DNA from: Pseudolabrys sp.
GTDB lineage: Bacteria; Pseudomonadota; Alphaproteobacteria; Rhizobiales; Xanthobacteraceae
DNA: 35,001 bases
NCBI GenBank assembly: GCA_036278575.1
Contig: DASUKT010000300.1
Span: forward strand, 1 to 35,001
Direction: 5' to 3'
Positions within the stretch are counted from its first letter, which is position 1; each line of letters begins with the position of its first letter. Position numbers and translations under genes: made by a program. Below, piece by piece: positions 1 to 9,311 of the stretch. The notes under the pieces were generated by a model. The model was not told where the DNA came from. It worked only from the letters and a program-made list of their open reading frames with translations, and did no database searches.

Positions 1-887
1 GTCAGCTTTGGCGGCAAACCGGCCGCCTTTTTTTCCGCCTCCGCCATGCGCATGTCGCGGTTTTCCTGCGACATCACACGCAGCGCGGTCCCCAACGGGG
101 TTCCGTAACGTTCGGCCTGTTGCAGGGCCATACAGACTGACTTTACGCCTTCCAGATCGGTGCGCTTCGCCAGATTTTCATAAGCCTGGCGCCGGTCCGG
201 CAGATAGGACAGCTCCGCCGTCGTCAGGGTGATCTCCTCGGCCAGAGCAACGGACTGTGAGCCGATCTCCTCGCTCACCCTGCGGAAGGCCGCCTCGACT
301 GACATGCCCGACTCGACGCAAATCAGCAGCAGATCGAGCGTGTCCGGAAAGGCGCGTTTGATCGACAGTTGCCTGCGCTGAATACGGTTGCGCAAAAATA
401 TCAGCGGCAGATGCATGCCGATATAAGTTGCGGCGATGCAGATGCCGACTTTCACCATCATCGGCTGCTTCAATTCGAGAATAAGAAATACGTACGCCGT
501 GGACGCGGCAAGCATCAGGATCGGCGTTACCATGCGGAAAAACAGATACGTGACGTAGGGAGCATTGCCCCGATAGCCCGCCTGAATGAGCTTCAGCTTG
601 GCCTCTTCCTGACCGACCCATTTGCTCAGGTTGAAGCTATCAACGATCTTCTGCACGTACTGCTTCGGGGATTGCCGAAGGCTGACCTTCTGACCTTGCG
701 CGAGACGTTCGCGTTCGCGCTGGCGGATCTTCTCGCGTTCCAGCGCCACCGCTTTCATGCGCTTGCCGAGCGTGTCCGGAGAATACAGCGGCATTGCCAG
801 CGTCAATACGGTCGCGACCGCGGCGAGCGCGGCAAACGCCATCGTCAGCGTGTTTACATCCAGTGAATTGGCGATTTGCTCAAACAT
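1..887 (-). CDS. tadC: Tad pilus inner-membrane platform protein TadC (T2SS F family), 3' end truncated by window edge
   Basis: Not in the ORF track because it has no stop in the window. Manual translation from ATG 887: MFEQIANSLDVNTLTMAFAALAAVATVLTLAMP...RAFPDTLDLLLICVESGMSVEAAFRRVSEEIG...ERYGTPLGTALRVMSQENRDMRMAEAEKKAAGLPPKL. This is a typical TadC and follows tadB. Confidence 0.95.
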   Translation of the reverse strand, partial: MFEQIANSLDVNTLTMAFAALAAVATVLTLAMPLYSPDTLGKRMKAVALEREKIRQRERERLAQGQKVSLRQSPKQYVQKIVDSFNLSKWVGQEEAKLKLIQAGYRGNAPYVTYLFFRMVTPILMLAASTAYVFLILELKQPMMVKVGICIAATYIGMHLPLIFLRNRIQRRQLSIKRAFPDTLDLLLICVESGMSVEAAFRRVSEEIGSQSVALAEEITLTTAELSYLPDRRQAYENLAKRTDLEGVKSVCMALQQAERYGTPLGTALRVMSQENRDMRMAEAEKKAAGLPPKL

Positions 888-897
888 TTGCAGATGG

Positions 898-1866
898 TCA
901 GAAATCGAAGTTGATCATTTTCTTCATCACGATAACGCCCATCGACATCCACACGGCCGCGCCGGCAAGCATCAGGCGGCCGAACGGATCCGTCCACAAC
1001 AGCGAGATGTACTGCGGGCTTGTCAGATAAACGAGCGTCATAACGGCGACCGGCAGACAGCCGATAATGCCCGCGGATGCTTTCGCTTCCTGTGACATCG
1101 CCTGGATCTTGCCTTTCATCTTTTTGCGGTCGCGCAGAACGCGTGAAAGATTTCCCAGCGCCTCCGCCAGATTGCCGCCCGCTTTCTGCTGAATTCCGAT
1201 CACGATGCCAAAGAAGTTCGCTTCGGGAACCGGCATCTGCTCGTAGAGCTTGCCGCAAGCCTCACCGAGCGGCAGCCCGATCGCCTGCGTTTCGATGATC
1301 GTGCGAAACTGCGATTTCAGCGGCTCGGGCGCATCCACCGTGATCATCTTCAAACAATCGAGCAATGGGAGCCCGGCCTTGATACCGCGCACAATGATGT
1401 CAACCGAATCCGGAAAGGCGTTGAGAAACTTGGATTCCCGGCGCTTTTTGAGAAAGCGGAGCATCCAGAACGGAAAGCCGAACGCGCCGGCGAACCCCAA
1501 GCCCGCGCTCGGCATCAGGCCGGCGCCCATCATTAGCGGCAACGCGAAAAACACGAGGCCCATGCCGGCCGAGATCATTATAAACTGCTGTTTCGACCAA
1601 CTGAGGCCGGCCTGCACGATACGCATCGATAGCGAGACGCGCCGTTCTTTTTTGCTGCGTTCTTCCAGCTGCTTAAGCGTGCCTTCGATTTCATCGCGGC
1701 GCGAGCGTTGCTGCACGCGCTTCGTGCGCACGACTGGGTCTGGCTTCGCGATACTCGCCATCCGCCGCTCTGCCTGGCGTTCGCCGGACAGCAGAGGATA
1801 AATGAAAACCCAGGCGATTCCGCCGACGGCAGCGGCAGCCAGGAAAAACAATGCAAATTGCTGCAT
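898..1866 (-). CDS. tadB: Tad pilus platform protein TadB (T2SS F family)
   Basis: FPDSVDIIVRGIKAGLPL, QQKAGGNLAEALGNLSRVLRDR, C-terminal KKMINFDF; several TM segments; lies between cpaF and tadC. Confidence 0.95.
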   Translation of the reverse strand: MQQFALFFLAAAAVGGIAWVFIYPLLSGERQAERRMASIAKPDPVVRTKRVQQRSRRDEIEGTLKQLEERSKKERRVSLSMRIVQAGLSWSKQQFIMISAGMGLVFFALPLMMGAGLMPSAGLGFAGAFGFPFWMLRFLKKRRESKFLNAFPDSVDIIVRGIKAGLPLLDCLKMITVDAPEPLKSQFRTIIETQAIGLPLGEACGKLYEQMPVPEANFFGIVIGIQQKAGGNLAEALGNLSRVLRDRKKMKGKIQAMSQEAKASAGIIGCLPVAVMTLVYLTSPQYISLLWTDPFGRLMLAGAAVWMSMGVIVMKKMINFDF

Positions 1867-1878
1867 GGCTGCCCTTCG

Positions 1879-3405
1879 TCAGGCCTTCATGGCTTCGTTG
1901 CTGGCCTCGGCGGCATCAAGCGCTGCGGCGAGACGCTGCTCCTCTCCGTAGTAACGGGCACGATCCCAGAACTTCGGACGTCCGATGCCGGTCGCACGGT
2001 GACGTCCAATGATGTTTCCGTGGGCATCCTCACCCGTGATGTCGTAAACGAAGATGTCTTGCGTGGTGATGACATCCCCTTCCATTCCCACGATCTCGGT
2101 GACGTGCGTGATGCGGCGCGAACCATCGCGCAGGCGCGCCGCCTGAATGACAACGTCGATCGACGAGGTGATCATTTCGCGGATGGTGCGCGACGGCAGC
2201 GCGAAGCCGCCCATCGTGATCATCGATTCGAGACGCGACAGCGCCTCGCGCGGGCTATTCGCGTGCAGCGTGCCCATCGAACCGTCGTGGCCGGTGTTCA
2301 TCGCCTGGAGCAGATCGAATGCTTCCGGTCCGCGCACCTCGCCGACGATGATGCGCTCGGGGCGCATACGCAGGCAGTTGCGCACCAGGTCGCGCATGGT
2401 GATCTGCCCTTCACCTTCGAGATTGGGCGGCCGCGTTTCGAGACGCACCACGTGCGGCTGCTGCAGTTGCAGCTCGGCGGCGTCCTCGCAGGTGATGATG
2501 CGCTCATCGTCGTCGATGAACTGCGTCAAACAATTGAGCAATGTGGTCTTGCCCGAGCCGGTGCCGCCGGAAACAAGCGTGTTGACGCGCGTGCGCCCGA
2601 TGATCCGCAAAATCTCCGCGCCATGCGGCGTGATGGTTCCAAATCGGACAAGCTGATCGAGGGTCAGCTTGTCCTTCTTGAATTTGCGGATGGTGAGCGC
2701 CGGCCCGTCGATCGCCAGCGGTGGCACGATGGCATTGACGCGCGAACCATCCGGCAAGCGTGCGTCGCAAATCGGCGACGCTTCGTCCACGCGCCGGCCG
2801 ATTTGGCTGACGATGCGTTGGCAAATATTGAGGAGCTGCTGGTTATCGCGGAAGCGGATGCCGGTGCGCTGGATTTTGCCCTTGACTTCGATGTAAACCG
2901 TGCTCGAGCCGTTCACCATGATGTCGGCGATGTCGTCGCGCGCGAGCAACGGTTCAAGCGGGCCGAATCCGAGAACATCGTTGCAGATATCGTCGAGCAA
3001 TTCCTCCTGCTCGGAGATCGACATCACGACGTTTTTGATCGCGATAATCTCATTGACGATGTCGCGGATTTCTTCACGCGCGGAATCGGCGTCGAGCCGC
3101 GCGAGCTGCGCGAGATCGATTGCCTCGATCAACGCGCCAAAAATCATACCTTTGGTCTGATAATAGCTCTCGGAATGGCGTGATTCGGCCGATGAAGACG
3201 GAGGTTCGGCGCTCGGAGGTGTTTTGCTTTGAACCGGCGCCGGGACGAGCGGCGCGCCGAGCCCGTCAGAAGGCATTGGCGCTCTCCCGGACTCGATCGG
3301 GGGAGCGGCCGGCGAAGGAGGCGGCGGAGCCGATGCCGCCGCAACAGGCGCCGGTTGCGGCACAACCGCCGCGGCAGCCGTAGAGTTCGTACGCTTGCCG
3401 AACAC
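1879..3405 (-). CDS. cpaF: Pilus assembly ATPase CpaF/TadA
   Basis: Walker A GGTGSGKT, CEDAAEL, LRMRPERIIVGEVRG, AMNTGHDGSMGTLHAN; GTG start with MFGKR N-terminus and Pro/Ala-rich linker. Confidence 0.97.
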   Translation of the reverse strand: MFGKRTNSTAAAAVVPQPAPVAAASAPPPPSPAAPPIESGRAPMPSDGLGAPLVPAPVQSKTPPSAEPPSSSAESRHSESYYQTKGMIFGALIEAIDLAQLARLDADSAREEIRDIVNEIIAIKNVVMSISEQEELLDDICNDVLGFGPLEPLLARDDIADIMVNGSSTVYIEVKGKIQRTGIRFRDNQQLLNICQRIVSQIGRRVDEASPICDARLPDGSRVNAIVPPLAIDGPALTIRKFKKDKLTLDQLVRFGTITPHGAEILRIIGRTRVNTLVSGGTGSGKTTLLNCLTQFIDDDERIITCEDAAELQLQQPHVVRLETRPPNLEGEGQITMRDLVRNCLRMRPERIIVGEVRGPEAFDLLQAMNTGHDGSMGTLHANSPREALSRLESMITMGGFALPSRTIREMITSSIDVVIQAARLRDGSRRITHVTEIVGMEGDVITTQDIFVYDITGEDAHGNIIGRHRATGIGRPKFWDRARYYGEEQRLAAALDAAEASNEAMKA

Positions 3406-3427
3406 GATTTCAGTCCCCGCCCGGTTC

Positions 3428-4717
3428 CTAACCTTGCCGTTTCATGAATTTGCCCAGCAGCGGAGACAGCAATCCGCCGCGTGACGCTTTCGGTTCGCTT
3501 CGGCCGGTCAATGCCTGCGCGAGCAGCCGAAACATCTCCGCGCTTTTGTGCTTGGCGGAAACCTCCGCAATCATTTGCCCGTTGTTGGCCGCCGTTCCAA
3601 ACATCTGCGGCTCGAATGGAATGACCGCAAGCGGCTGGTCTTCCAGGGCTTTGGCGAAATCGGCCGGCGAAATTTCCGGCCGTTTCGGCACGCCGACTTG
3701 ATTGAGACAATAGAATGGGCGGTGATCATTCGGACGCGCGGCGCGCAAATAGTCCGCCAGATTTTTGGCGTTACGCAGGTTTGCCAGATCGGGACCGGCG
3801 ACGATCAGAATCTCATCGGCGCTCACCATCAGCCGCTTCGTCCACCCGGCCCATTGATGCGGCACGTCAAGCACGACGCATGGAATGGTTGAGCGCAGCG
3901 AATCGAGAATGGAGTCGAACGCCTCGGCGCCGAAGTCGTAAACACGATCGAGCGATGCCGGCGCGGCCAGCAGGCTCAAATGATCGGTGCATTTCGACAG
4001 CAGGCGGTCGACGAAAGCCGTATCCACGCGATCGGGCGAGAACACCGCGTCGGCAATGCCCTGCGGCGGATCCTGATTGTAGTCGAGACCGGCCGTACCG
4101 AAGGCAAGATCGAGATCGGTAACGACCGCATCGATTGAAAGGTCGCGCGCGATGGCCCAGCCCACGTTATGGGCAACCGTCGATGCACCGACGCCGCCCT
4201 TGGCGCCGACGACGGCAATAATGCGCCCGATGGGCTTGGCGTCCGTTGTCGAATACAGACCGCAAATGGCGCGTACAATATCGAGCGTGCCGACCGGGGC
4301 CATCAGGTATTCGCTTACGCCACGCCGCGTCAGCTCTCGATAGAAGGTGACATCATTGATCCGGCCGATGGCGATGACGCGCGTCGTGGCGTCGCAAACT
4401 TCCGCGAGCTGGTCGAGCCCCGCCAGGATATCCTCGGCGCGCCTGTCCGACTCGATGATGATCACGTTGGGCGTCGGCGAACCGCGATAGGTTTCGGCTG
4501 CGGCCATGGTGCCGCCCATTTGAATCTTGACGTGGGCCTTCGCAAGCCGGCGATCTTCGCCGGCCGATTGAACCGCCGCCGCCGTTTCCACCGTTTCGCA
4601 GAAAGCTTGAATTGAAACCCGCGGCGCCGGAGCAATGTGCTCGTCGTTGCGGATCGCTTCCGCCGGCACAGCCGGGGTGTGCGCAGTGACTGCGACTTGC
4701 TCTGCTTGTTTGCTCAT
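3428..4717 (-). CDS. cpaE: Pilus assembly/localisation protein CpaE/TadZ (receiver-like domain plus MinD/ParA-like domain)
   Basis: Degenerate P-loop GAKGGVGASTVAHN, DLDLAFGTAGLD, AANNGQMIAEV; position in cpa operon. Confidence 0.95.
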   Translation of the reverse strand: MSKQAEQVAVTAHTPAVPAEAIRNDEHIAPAPRVSIQAFCETVETAAAVQSAGEDRRLAKAHVKIQMGGTMAAAETYRGSPTPNVIIIESDRRAEDILAGLDQLAEVCDATTRVIAIGRINDVTFYRELTRRGVSEYLMAPVGTLDIVRAICGLYSTTDAKPIGRIIAVVGAKGGVGASTVAHNVGWAIARDLSIDAVVTDLDLAFGTAGLDYNQDPPQGIADAVFSPDRVDTAFVDRLLSKCTDHLSLLAAPASLDRVYDFGAEAFDSILDSLRSTIPCVVLDVPHQWAGWTKRLMVSADEILIVAGPDLANLRNAKNLADYLRAARPNDHRPFYCLNQVGVPKRPEISPADFAKALEDQPLAVIPFEPQMFGTAANNGQMIAEVSAKHKSAEMFRLLAQALTGRSEPKASRGGLLSPLLGKFMKRQG

Positions 4718-5451
4718 TTGCCGAGATCGCTGATTTTGCCTTTGTCGATGCCGTCGTAAGTGCCGCTCGGGCTTGTGCCTTTGCGGTATTTGTCGAGCAC
4801 AACCGAGCGGCGCGGCTCATAAGCCGGCGTTTCGCCACGCGGCTGCACCAGGTCGGTTGGCTCGTCGATCATGGCGGCGAGATTGCGCTGGTATGCGCAG
4901 CCGAAATTCCAGTACTGGTGGTTGTCGTTGTAACCATCGTCGGCGGTCGGGCCGAGATCGTCCGGCCACAATCCGCAAGGGCCCGCCTCTGCCGTCAGCT
5001 TCAGATAGTTGAGTCTGATCGCCGCCAAGGATGTAGGCGGCGAACGATAACCGCGGACGTAAATGGCTTTTGAGGGCACGCCGACCGCCGCCAATATCGA
5101 GCGAATCTCGTGCAAGCTGTCCGCTGCCGCGCGGCTCGTCGCTCCGCCGCGAGGGACCTCGATTACGACTCCGCTCGAGCCTTGACGATTCCATTCCTGT
5201 CCAAAGGCAAGGACATCCGCACGCTGAGCCGGCGTAAGACCGCCGCGGCGGGCGCTCAAAAATACTTCGACCGTCTGCCGTCCTTCCTTGAGCGTAATCG
5301 GATGGCGCAAGCGATAGTCTTCGGGATAACTGCTTTGCGTCTCGCCCGGCGAGTAGCACCCGGCCAGCAAGGCCGCGATGCCGCCGATTGCGAGCACACG
5401 CGCGATGCTTTTGCCGGCAGGACCGGCGATCGCCAGTCGGAATTTGATCAT
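4714..5451 (-). CDS. cpaD: Pilus assembly lipoprotein CpaD
   Basis: Lipobox LLAGC, DYRLRHPI, CGLWPDDLG, YWNFGCAYQRNLAAMIDEPTDLVQPR. Start reassigned to ATG 5451, which is preceded by AGGAG. Confidence 0.92.
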   Translation of the reverse strand: MIKFRLAIAGPAGKSIARVLAIGGIAALLAGCYSPGETQSSYPEDYRLRHPITLKEGRQTVEVFLSARRGGLTPAQRADVLAFGQEWNRQGSSGVVIEVPRGGATSRAAADSLHEIRSILAAVGVPSKAIYVRGYRSPPTSLAAIRLNYLKLTAEAGPCGLWPDDLGPTADDGYNDNHQYWNFGCAYQRNLAAMIDEPTDLVQPRGETPAYEPRRSVVLDKYRKGTSPSGTYDGIDKGKISDLGK

Positions 5452-5470
5452 TGATCGTCTCCTGACGCGG

Positions 5471-6922
5471 TCAATCGAGGATGAAGCCGTAGTGGCCATG
5501 ATAGAGATGCGGATCGGCCGGGCCGCCGTTGGTGCCGTAGATCCTGTTCAAGCGGCCGAGCAGGATGCTGCTCGGATCGGATGGATCGGCAAAGCCATCG
5601 TCAGGGCGCGACAGCTTCTTCTGCGCGACGGCGTGCACGATGTAGGGCGTGACGATAACGACCAGCTCCGTCTGATTGTTGATGAAGTCGCGGCTCTTGA
5701 ATAAGGTCCCGAGAACCGGCAGTTGCATCAGACCCGGCACGCCGGCAATGGCCTGTTTCGTCTGCTCCTGGATCATTCCGGCAAGCGCCAGCGATCCGCC
5801 CGAGGGAATCTCCACCGTCGTTTCAGCGCGCCGCGTCGTAATCGAGGGAATGGTGATCGACGTGTTCGAGCCGGTCGGCTGGATGCTGATCGCATTTTCC
5901 TGCGACAAGTCGGACACTTCCGTCATGACTTTGAGGCTGATGCGCCCTTCGGTCAGAACGACCGGCGTGAACACCAGGCTCACACCAAACTTCTTGTAAT
6001 CGATCGACTGTTGGCAGATGACGTTGGGCGGCGGGCTGCACTGCAATCCGCTGGGAATCGGGAAGTTGCCGCCGGCGAGGAAGCTGGCGGTTTCGCCGGA
6101 GATCGCGGTCAGATTCGGTTCGGCCAGGGTCCGCATTACGCCGGCGCGATCCATGGCTTGCAGGACCGCGGTAATGTTGTTGCCGCCGGACAGGAAATTT
6201 CCAAGGCTCGAGCTGCCGATAAGCGTGTTGCTTGGCGCCGTACCGGATGCGGAGAACGCATTATTGGTGCTGAGAACTGCGGAACCGAAGCCCGCGCTAA
6301 AATTGAAATTGATTCCAAGCTGCTTGAGAATATCGCGCCGGACCTCGGCGACGGTTACCTTCAGCATCACCTGATCGCGGCCGCGGACGGTAATTCCGTT
6401 GACCACTTTGGCGTCGCCGCCGGCCAACTGAACCGCAAGATCGTAAGCGTGCTGCGCTTCCGCAGGGCTCGCCGCTGTGCCGGAAAGCATGATTCCGGTG
6501 CCGACGCCCTCGATGTGAATATCTGCGCCAGGCATCGTCTTCTTCAAAGCAGCGCGCAGACCGTTCAAGTCGCGCGTGACGGCTATATCGAAGCCGGCGA
6601 TCTGGTGACCCTTGGCATCGAAAAAGAAAATGTTGGTTTGGCCTACTGTCACGCCGATCATGTAAACGCGGCGTGACGAGCGGATGACTGCATTGGCGAC
6701 TTTCGGATCGGCGACCAGTACGTCCTTGATGTCCGCCGGCAGATCGATCGCGACCGACTTGCCGATTCCGAGCGCAATGAACCGGGATGTCGCCTCACTC
6801 GCTGCGACATGAACGGCGGGCACAAGCGCATCGGCCGCCGGTGCCGGAACGGTTGGCGCGAGCCCGGACGCGGCTATAAATGCCGCGAGAATTGCTGTGC
6901 GGATCGATGGCCGTTTCGCCAT
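5471..6922 (-). CDS. cpaC: Pilus secretin CpaC/RcpA
   Basis: QVMLKVTVAEV, LAEPNLTAISGETASFLAGG, VPGLMQLPVLGTLFKS, TELVVIVTPYIV; signal peptide; likely ATG 6922 after GAGGGG. Confidence 0.95.
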   Translation of the reverse strand: MAKRPSIRTAILAAFIAASGLAPTVPAPAADALVPAVHVAASEATSRFIALGIGKSVAIDLPADIKDVLVADPKVANAVIRSSRRVYMIGVTVGQTNIFFFDAKGHQIAGFDIAVTRDLNGLRAALKKTMPGADIHIEGVGTGIMLSGTAASPAEAQHAYDLAVQLAGGDAKVVNGITVRGRDQVMLKVTVAEVRRDILKQLGINFNFSAGFGSAVLSTNNAFSASGTAPSNTLIGSSSLGNFLSGGNNITAVLQAMDRAGVMRTLAEPNLTAISGETASFLAGGNFPIPSGLQCSPPPNVICQQSIDYKKFGVSLVFTPVVLTEGRISLKVMTEVSDLSQENAISIQPTGSNTSITIPSITTRRAETTVEIPSGGSLALAGMIQEQTKQAIAGVPGLMQLPVLGTLFKSRDFINNQTELVVIVTPYIVHAVAQKKLSRPDDGFADPSDPSSILLGRLNRIYGTNGGPADPHLYHGHYGFILD

Positions 6923-6944
6923 ATCGCGATGTCCCCTCAAATTA

Positions 6945-7739
6945 TCACTTGGTCGAAGACGTAGTGCTCACCCCGAAGCGAACCATGTTCACGGAACTCC
7001 CGCGCCCATTCAAACTTTCCAAGGCATCCGTCGATTGCGGCCGGTCCTGTGAAAGATCGGTCATGCTGCGCAACGCAAGGGAAAGCGTGCCGAGTTGGCG
7101 GGCAAGCGCGAGCGACTCGGCTTGCCGTTGGGTCAGCTCGAGCGTGGCGGTCTTGCCAACCACGACCTTCTGCCCGTTTTTTTCCTGGATGGTTTGGTCG
7201 ATCGCCAGAACCCGGACATCGCCGAGGATCGTCTCGCTCGTGTCGCCGCCGTTCGCCGACTTGTCTCCACCTTTGCCCCGCCGCGTGAGAATGACGTCGA
7301 CGTGGTCGTTCGGCAGGATGAAGCCGCCGGCGCCGGTTTCAGCCGATATTTGGGTCGAAATGGCGCGCATTCCGCTCGGCAGAATGGCGGCCATAAAGCC
7401 TGAGCCTTTCGCGTCGACCAGTTTTGCCTCGCGGATCGGCTCGCCGCTGACGAACGACGAACGCGCCATCGATCCGGTCAGTTTTTCGATCGCGTGTGGA
7501 CGGTCCGACTTGCGAATAAAATTGCTGCTGGAGGCACTCGCGGGCCAGCTCTGCCATTTGACGTCCTGCCCGGTAATCGCCTGTCCGAGCTGGATGTCGG
7601 TTTTGGCAACGAGAATGTCGACGGTGTCGGCCTTGGCCTGGACGGGGGCCGGCGGTTTATGCGACTTGCTGGCCAGCAGAGCGGCAACGCCGCCGGCGGC
7701 CAAGGCTACGGTCAGGACGACGAGACGCGCGGCTTTCAT
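6945..7739 (-). CDS. cpaB: Flp pilus assembly protein CpaB/RcpC
   Basis: SAF-like region LVAKTDIQLGQAI, GMRAIS, GGFILPNDHVDVILT, TATLELT, GTLSLALRS. Confidence 0.95.
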   Translation of the reverse strand: MKAARLVVLTVALAAGGVAALLASKSHKPPAPVQAKADTVDILVAKTDIQLGQAITGQDVKWQSWPASASSSNFIRKSDRPHAIEKLTGSMARSSFVSGEPIREAKLVDAKGSGFMAAILPSGMRAISTQISAETGAGGFILPNDHVDVILTRRGKGGDKSANGGDTSETILGDVRVLAIDQTIQEKNGQKVVVGKTATLELTQRQAESLALARQLGTLSLALRSMTDLSQDRPQSTDALESLNGRGSSVNMVRFGVSTTSSTK

Positions 7740-7837
7740 TACGCTTCACTTTCCCAATACGTGACGGCTTGCCCGCCGTGACGAGGAGGAGGAGCTGCAA
7801 AACGCAGCTCTTTGAAGTTGATTTCACCATTGAAACG

Positions 7838-7852
7838 TCAAGGTATGGTTAA
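7838..7852 (-). promoter_or_regulatory. Putative CtrA box upstream of cpaB
   Basis: Minus strand TTAACCATACCTTGA is TTAA-N7-TTGA (one mismatch to TTAA-N7-TTAA) and contains the TTAACCAT half-site; a further TTAA lies at 7873-7876. Confidence 0.7.
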
Positions 7853-7912
7853 GAAGCAGTATCGAAATCGCGTTAATGTTTCGTTGCGTGGCCTTACGCC
7901 GCTGGGCGAGGC

Positions 7913-8422
7913 TTAGACGCTAAAAACGGCCATCCATTCCGTGTGCGGATAGACGAAAAGGGCTGCGATCGCGAGGGCGATTCCGTAAGGTACGCCCTCC
8001 CCTTTCTCGTGCAGTCGGGTGATCCATGCCTGGCGCGCCAGCATGGCCGGCAATGGGAGAAAGCGAAATTGAATAAGCAGCAGAGTCAAAGCGCCACCGA
8101 GCAAGGAGGCGTAGATGAGATATTCCGGCAGATATTCAAATCCGAACCAAAGTGTTGTCGCGGCCGCAAGCTTCGCATCCCCGCCTCCGATCCAGCCGCG
8201 CGCGAAAAACACAAACGTAACCGCAAGGACCAAAGTGGCGGCACCCACGTGCCAACCTATGGCGGTCAAGCTCATACCGCCCGCAATCGCGAGCAACGCA
8301 AAGCCACCTGCAAGCGCTAAAGAGATGCGGTTCGAAATGGTCATCGTCAGCAGATCGCTCGATGCGGCGAACGCCATCAGGGTGGGAAACAGGAGCAACT
8401 TCACTAAATCGAGCACCATCAT
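7913..8422 (-). CDS. cpaA: Prepilin peptidase CpaA/TadV (A24 family)
   Basis: SDLLTMTISNR and IGGGDAKL aspartate motifs, GVPYGIALA; highly hydrophobic; adjacent to flp. Confidence 0.95.
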   Translation of the reverse strand: MMVLDLVKLLLFPTLMAFAASSDLLTMTISNRISLALAGGFALLAIAGGMSLTAIGWHVGAATLVLAVTFVFFARGWIGGGDAKLAAATTLWFGFEYLPEYLIYASLLGGALTLLLIQFRFLPLPAMLARQAWITRLHEKGEGVPYGIALAIAALFVYPHTEWMAVFSV

Positions 8423-8555
8423 CCCACCTTTATCCTGCGAGGCATGCCGATCGCGAATCGCGCAAGGAAGATTAGTTTGGCCGGGATTGCATTTCGGTTA
8501 GCGTTCGCCGGCGGCCCTCCGGCGGTCAAACTCCAGCGCTTGAAGAACCCGCACC

Positions 8556-8595
8556 GCAAATAAGAAGGCTCCGGTCGGTTGACCGGAGCCTTCTT
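8556..8595 (-). terminator. Rho-independent terminator after flp pilin
   Basis: Perfect 15-bp inverted repeat AAGAAGGCTCCGGTC(8562-8576)-GGTT-GACCGGAGCCTTCTT(8581-8595); the minus-strand transcript ends UUCUUAUUU. Confidence 0.85.
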
Positions 8596-8613
8596 TCATA
8601 ATTCAACCCTTTG

Positions 8614-8781
8614 TTACGGGGCGATTGCGTTCGACACCTTCTCGAAGGTGGCATTCAGATTGGTGCCGAGGGTCTGTACGACCGCGATAATGGCAACCGA
8701 AATGCCGGCGGCGATGAGGCCATACTCGATCGCGGTGGCGCCCGAGTCGTTCTTCAGAAAACGCGCAACAAGCTTCTTCAT
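8614..8781 (-). CDS. flp: Flp family type IVc major pilin (55 aa)
   Basis: MKKLVARFLKNDSG|ATAIEYGLIAAGISVAIIAVV, the Flp motif G|xxxxEY; AAGGAG RBS before ATG 8781. The ORF track overextends the start. Confidence 0.97.
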   Translation of the reverse strand: MKKLVARFLKNDSGATAIEYGLIAAGISVAIIAVVQTLGTNLNATFEKVSNAIAP

Positions 8782-8863
8782 AGATAGGCTCCTTGGATCC
8801 ACACGTGGCTGTCTGAGCTGGTCTGCCTCCGGAGTACGTCCGGCTCGCATCTGACCATGACGC

Positions 8864-8977
8864 ACCGTAGCGCTCACCCATTGCGGTGAAGTTAATGGTG
8901 TCGCAGAAAGTCCCGGTATTTCAGGAGCATGGCAACGTAGTTAACAAACGCCGTACGGCGAAAGCGAAGGGTTAATG
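8864..8977 (-). promoter_or_regulatory. Putative CtrA-dependent flp promoter region
   Basis: Three GTTAA half-sites (8891, 8940, 8971). Minus strand TTAA-N7-GCAA (8895-8881) is followed by GCTACGGT (8871-8864), which resembles the alphaproteobacterial -10 GCTANAWC. Confidence 0.55.
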
Positions 8978-9311
8978 AACCGTTGTTCGCCTGACGGCCC
9001 AATAAAGCTTACCGACTGCTAATATCGCTCAATACGAAATACGATAATCTTGATCTTAGACAGATTTATATTTCTCGAAAGCTTTTTCAGCGCGGTCGAT
9101 CGCAGCCGCGAGACGGCTGCCATGGAGGTCCGCGCGAGGCCGGTCCGTCAGTTCCCCGGACCAGACGCCGGAAAGAGCCGCGTGCGCGAGACCGTACGAT
9201 TTGCACTTCATTCACCTAGTTTGCACTTCTTTCATCTATTTACTGGCAAATGAGCCCTTGAGTTCATGCCGTTGTGACGGCCGCATTCATTGCGTAGCGC
9301 GGGAGATTTCG

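Noticed and set aside
178-866. ORF-track entries 178..621(-) and 369..866(+)
   Set aside because: Wrong frame or strand; the real gene is tadC (887 to the window edge)
1708-3183. 491-aa plus-strand ORF
   Set aside because: Antisense shadow of cpaF/tadB caused by GC-biased codon usage; no recognisable motifs
3229-3380. GC-rich repetitive stretch in the cpaF 5' region
   Set aside because: Encodes the Pro/Ala-rich linker usual in alphaproteobacterial CpaF; not a DNA repeat element
8782-8881. N-terminal extensions of Flp and overlapping 92-aa ORF
   Set aside because: Strong RBS at ATG 8781 and typical Flp length; the region is better explained as 5' UTR and promoter
9050-9253. 67-aa ORF (or 43-aa from ATG 9122) upstream of the cpaI-like gene
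   Set aside because: No clear RBS, no motif, and runs through AT-rich promoter-like DNA
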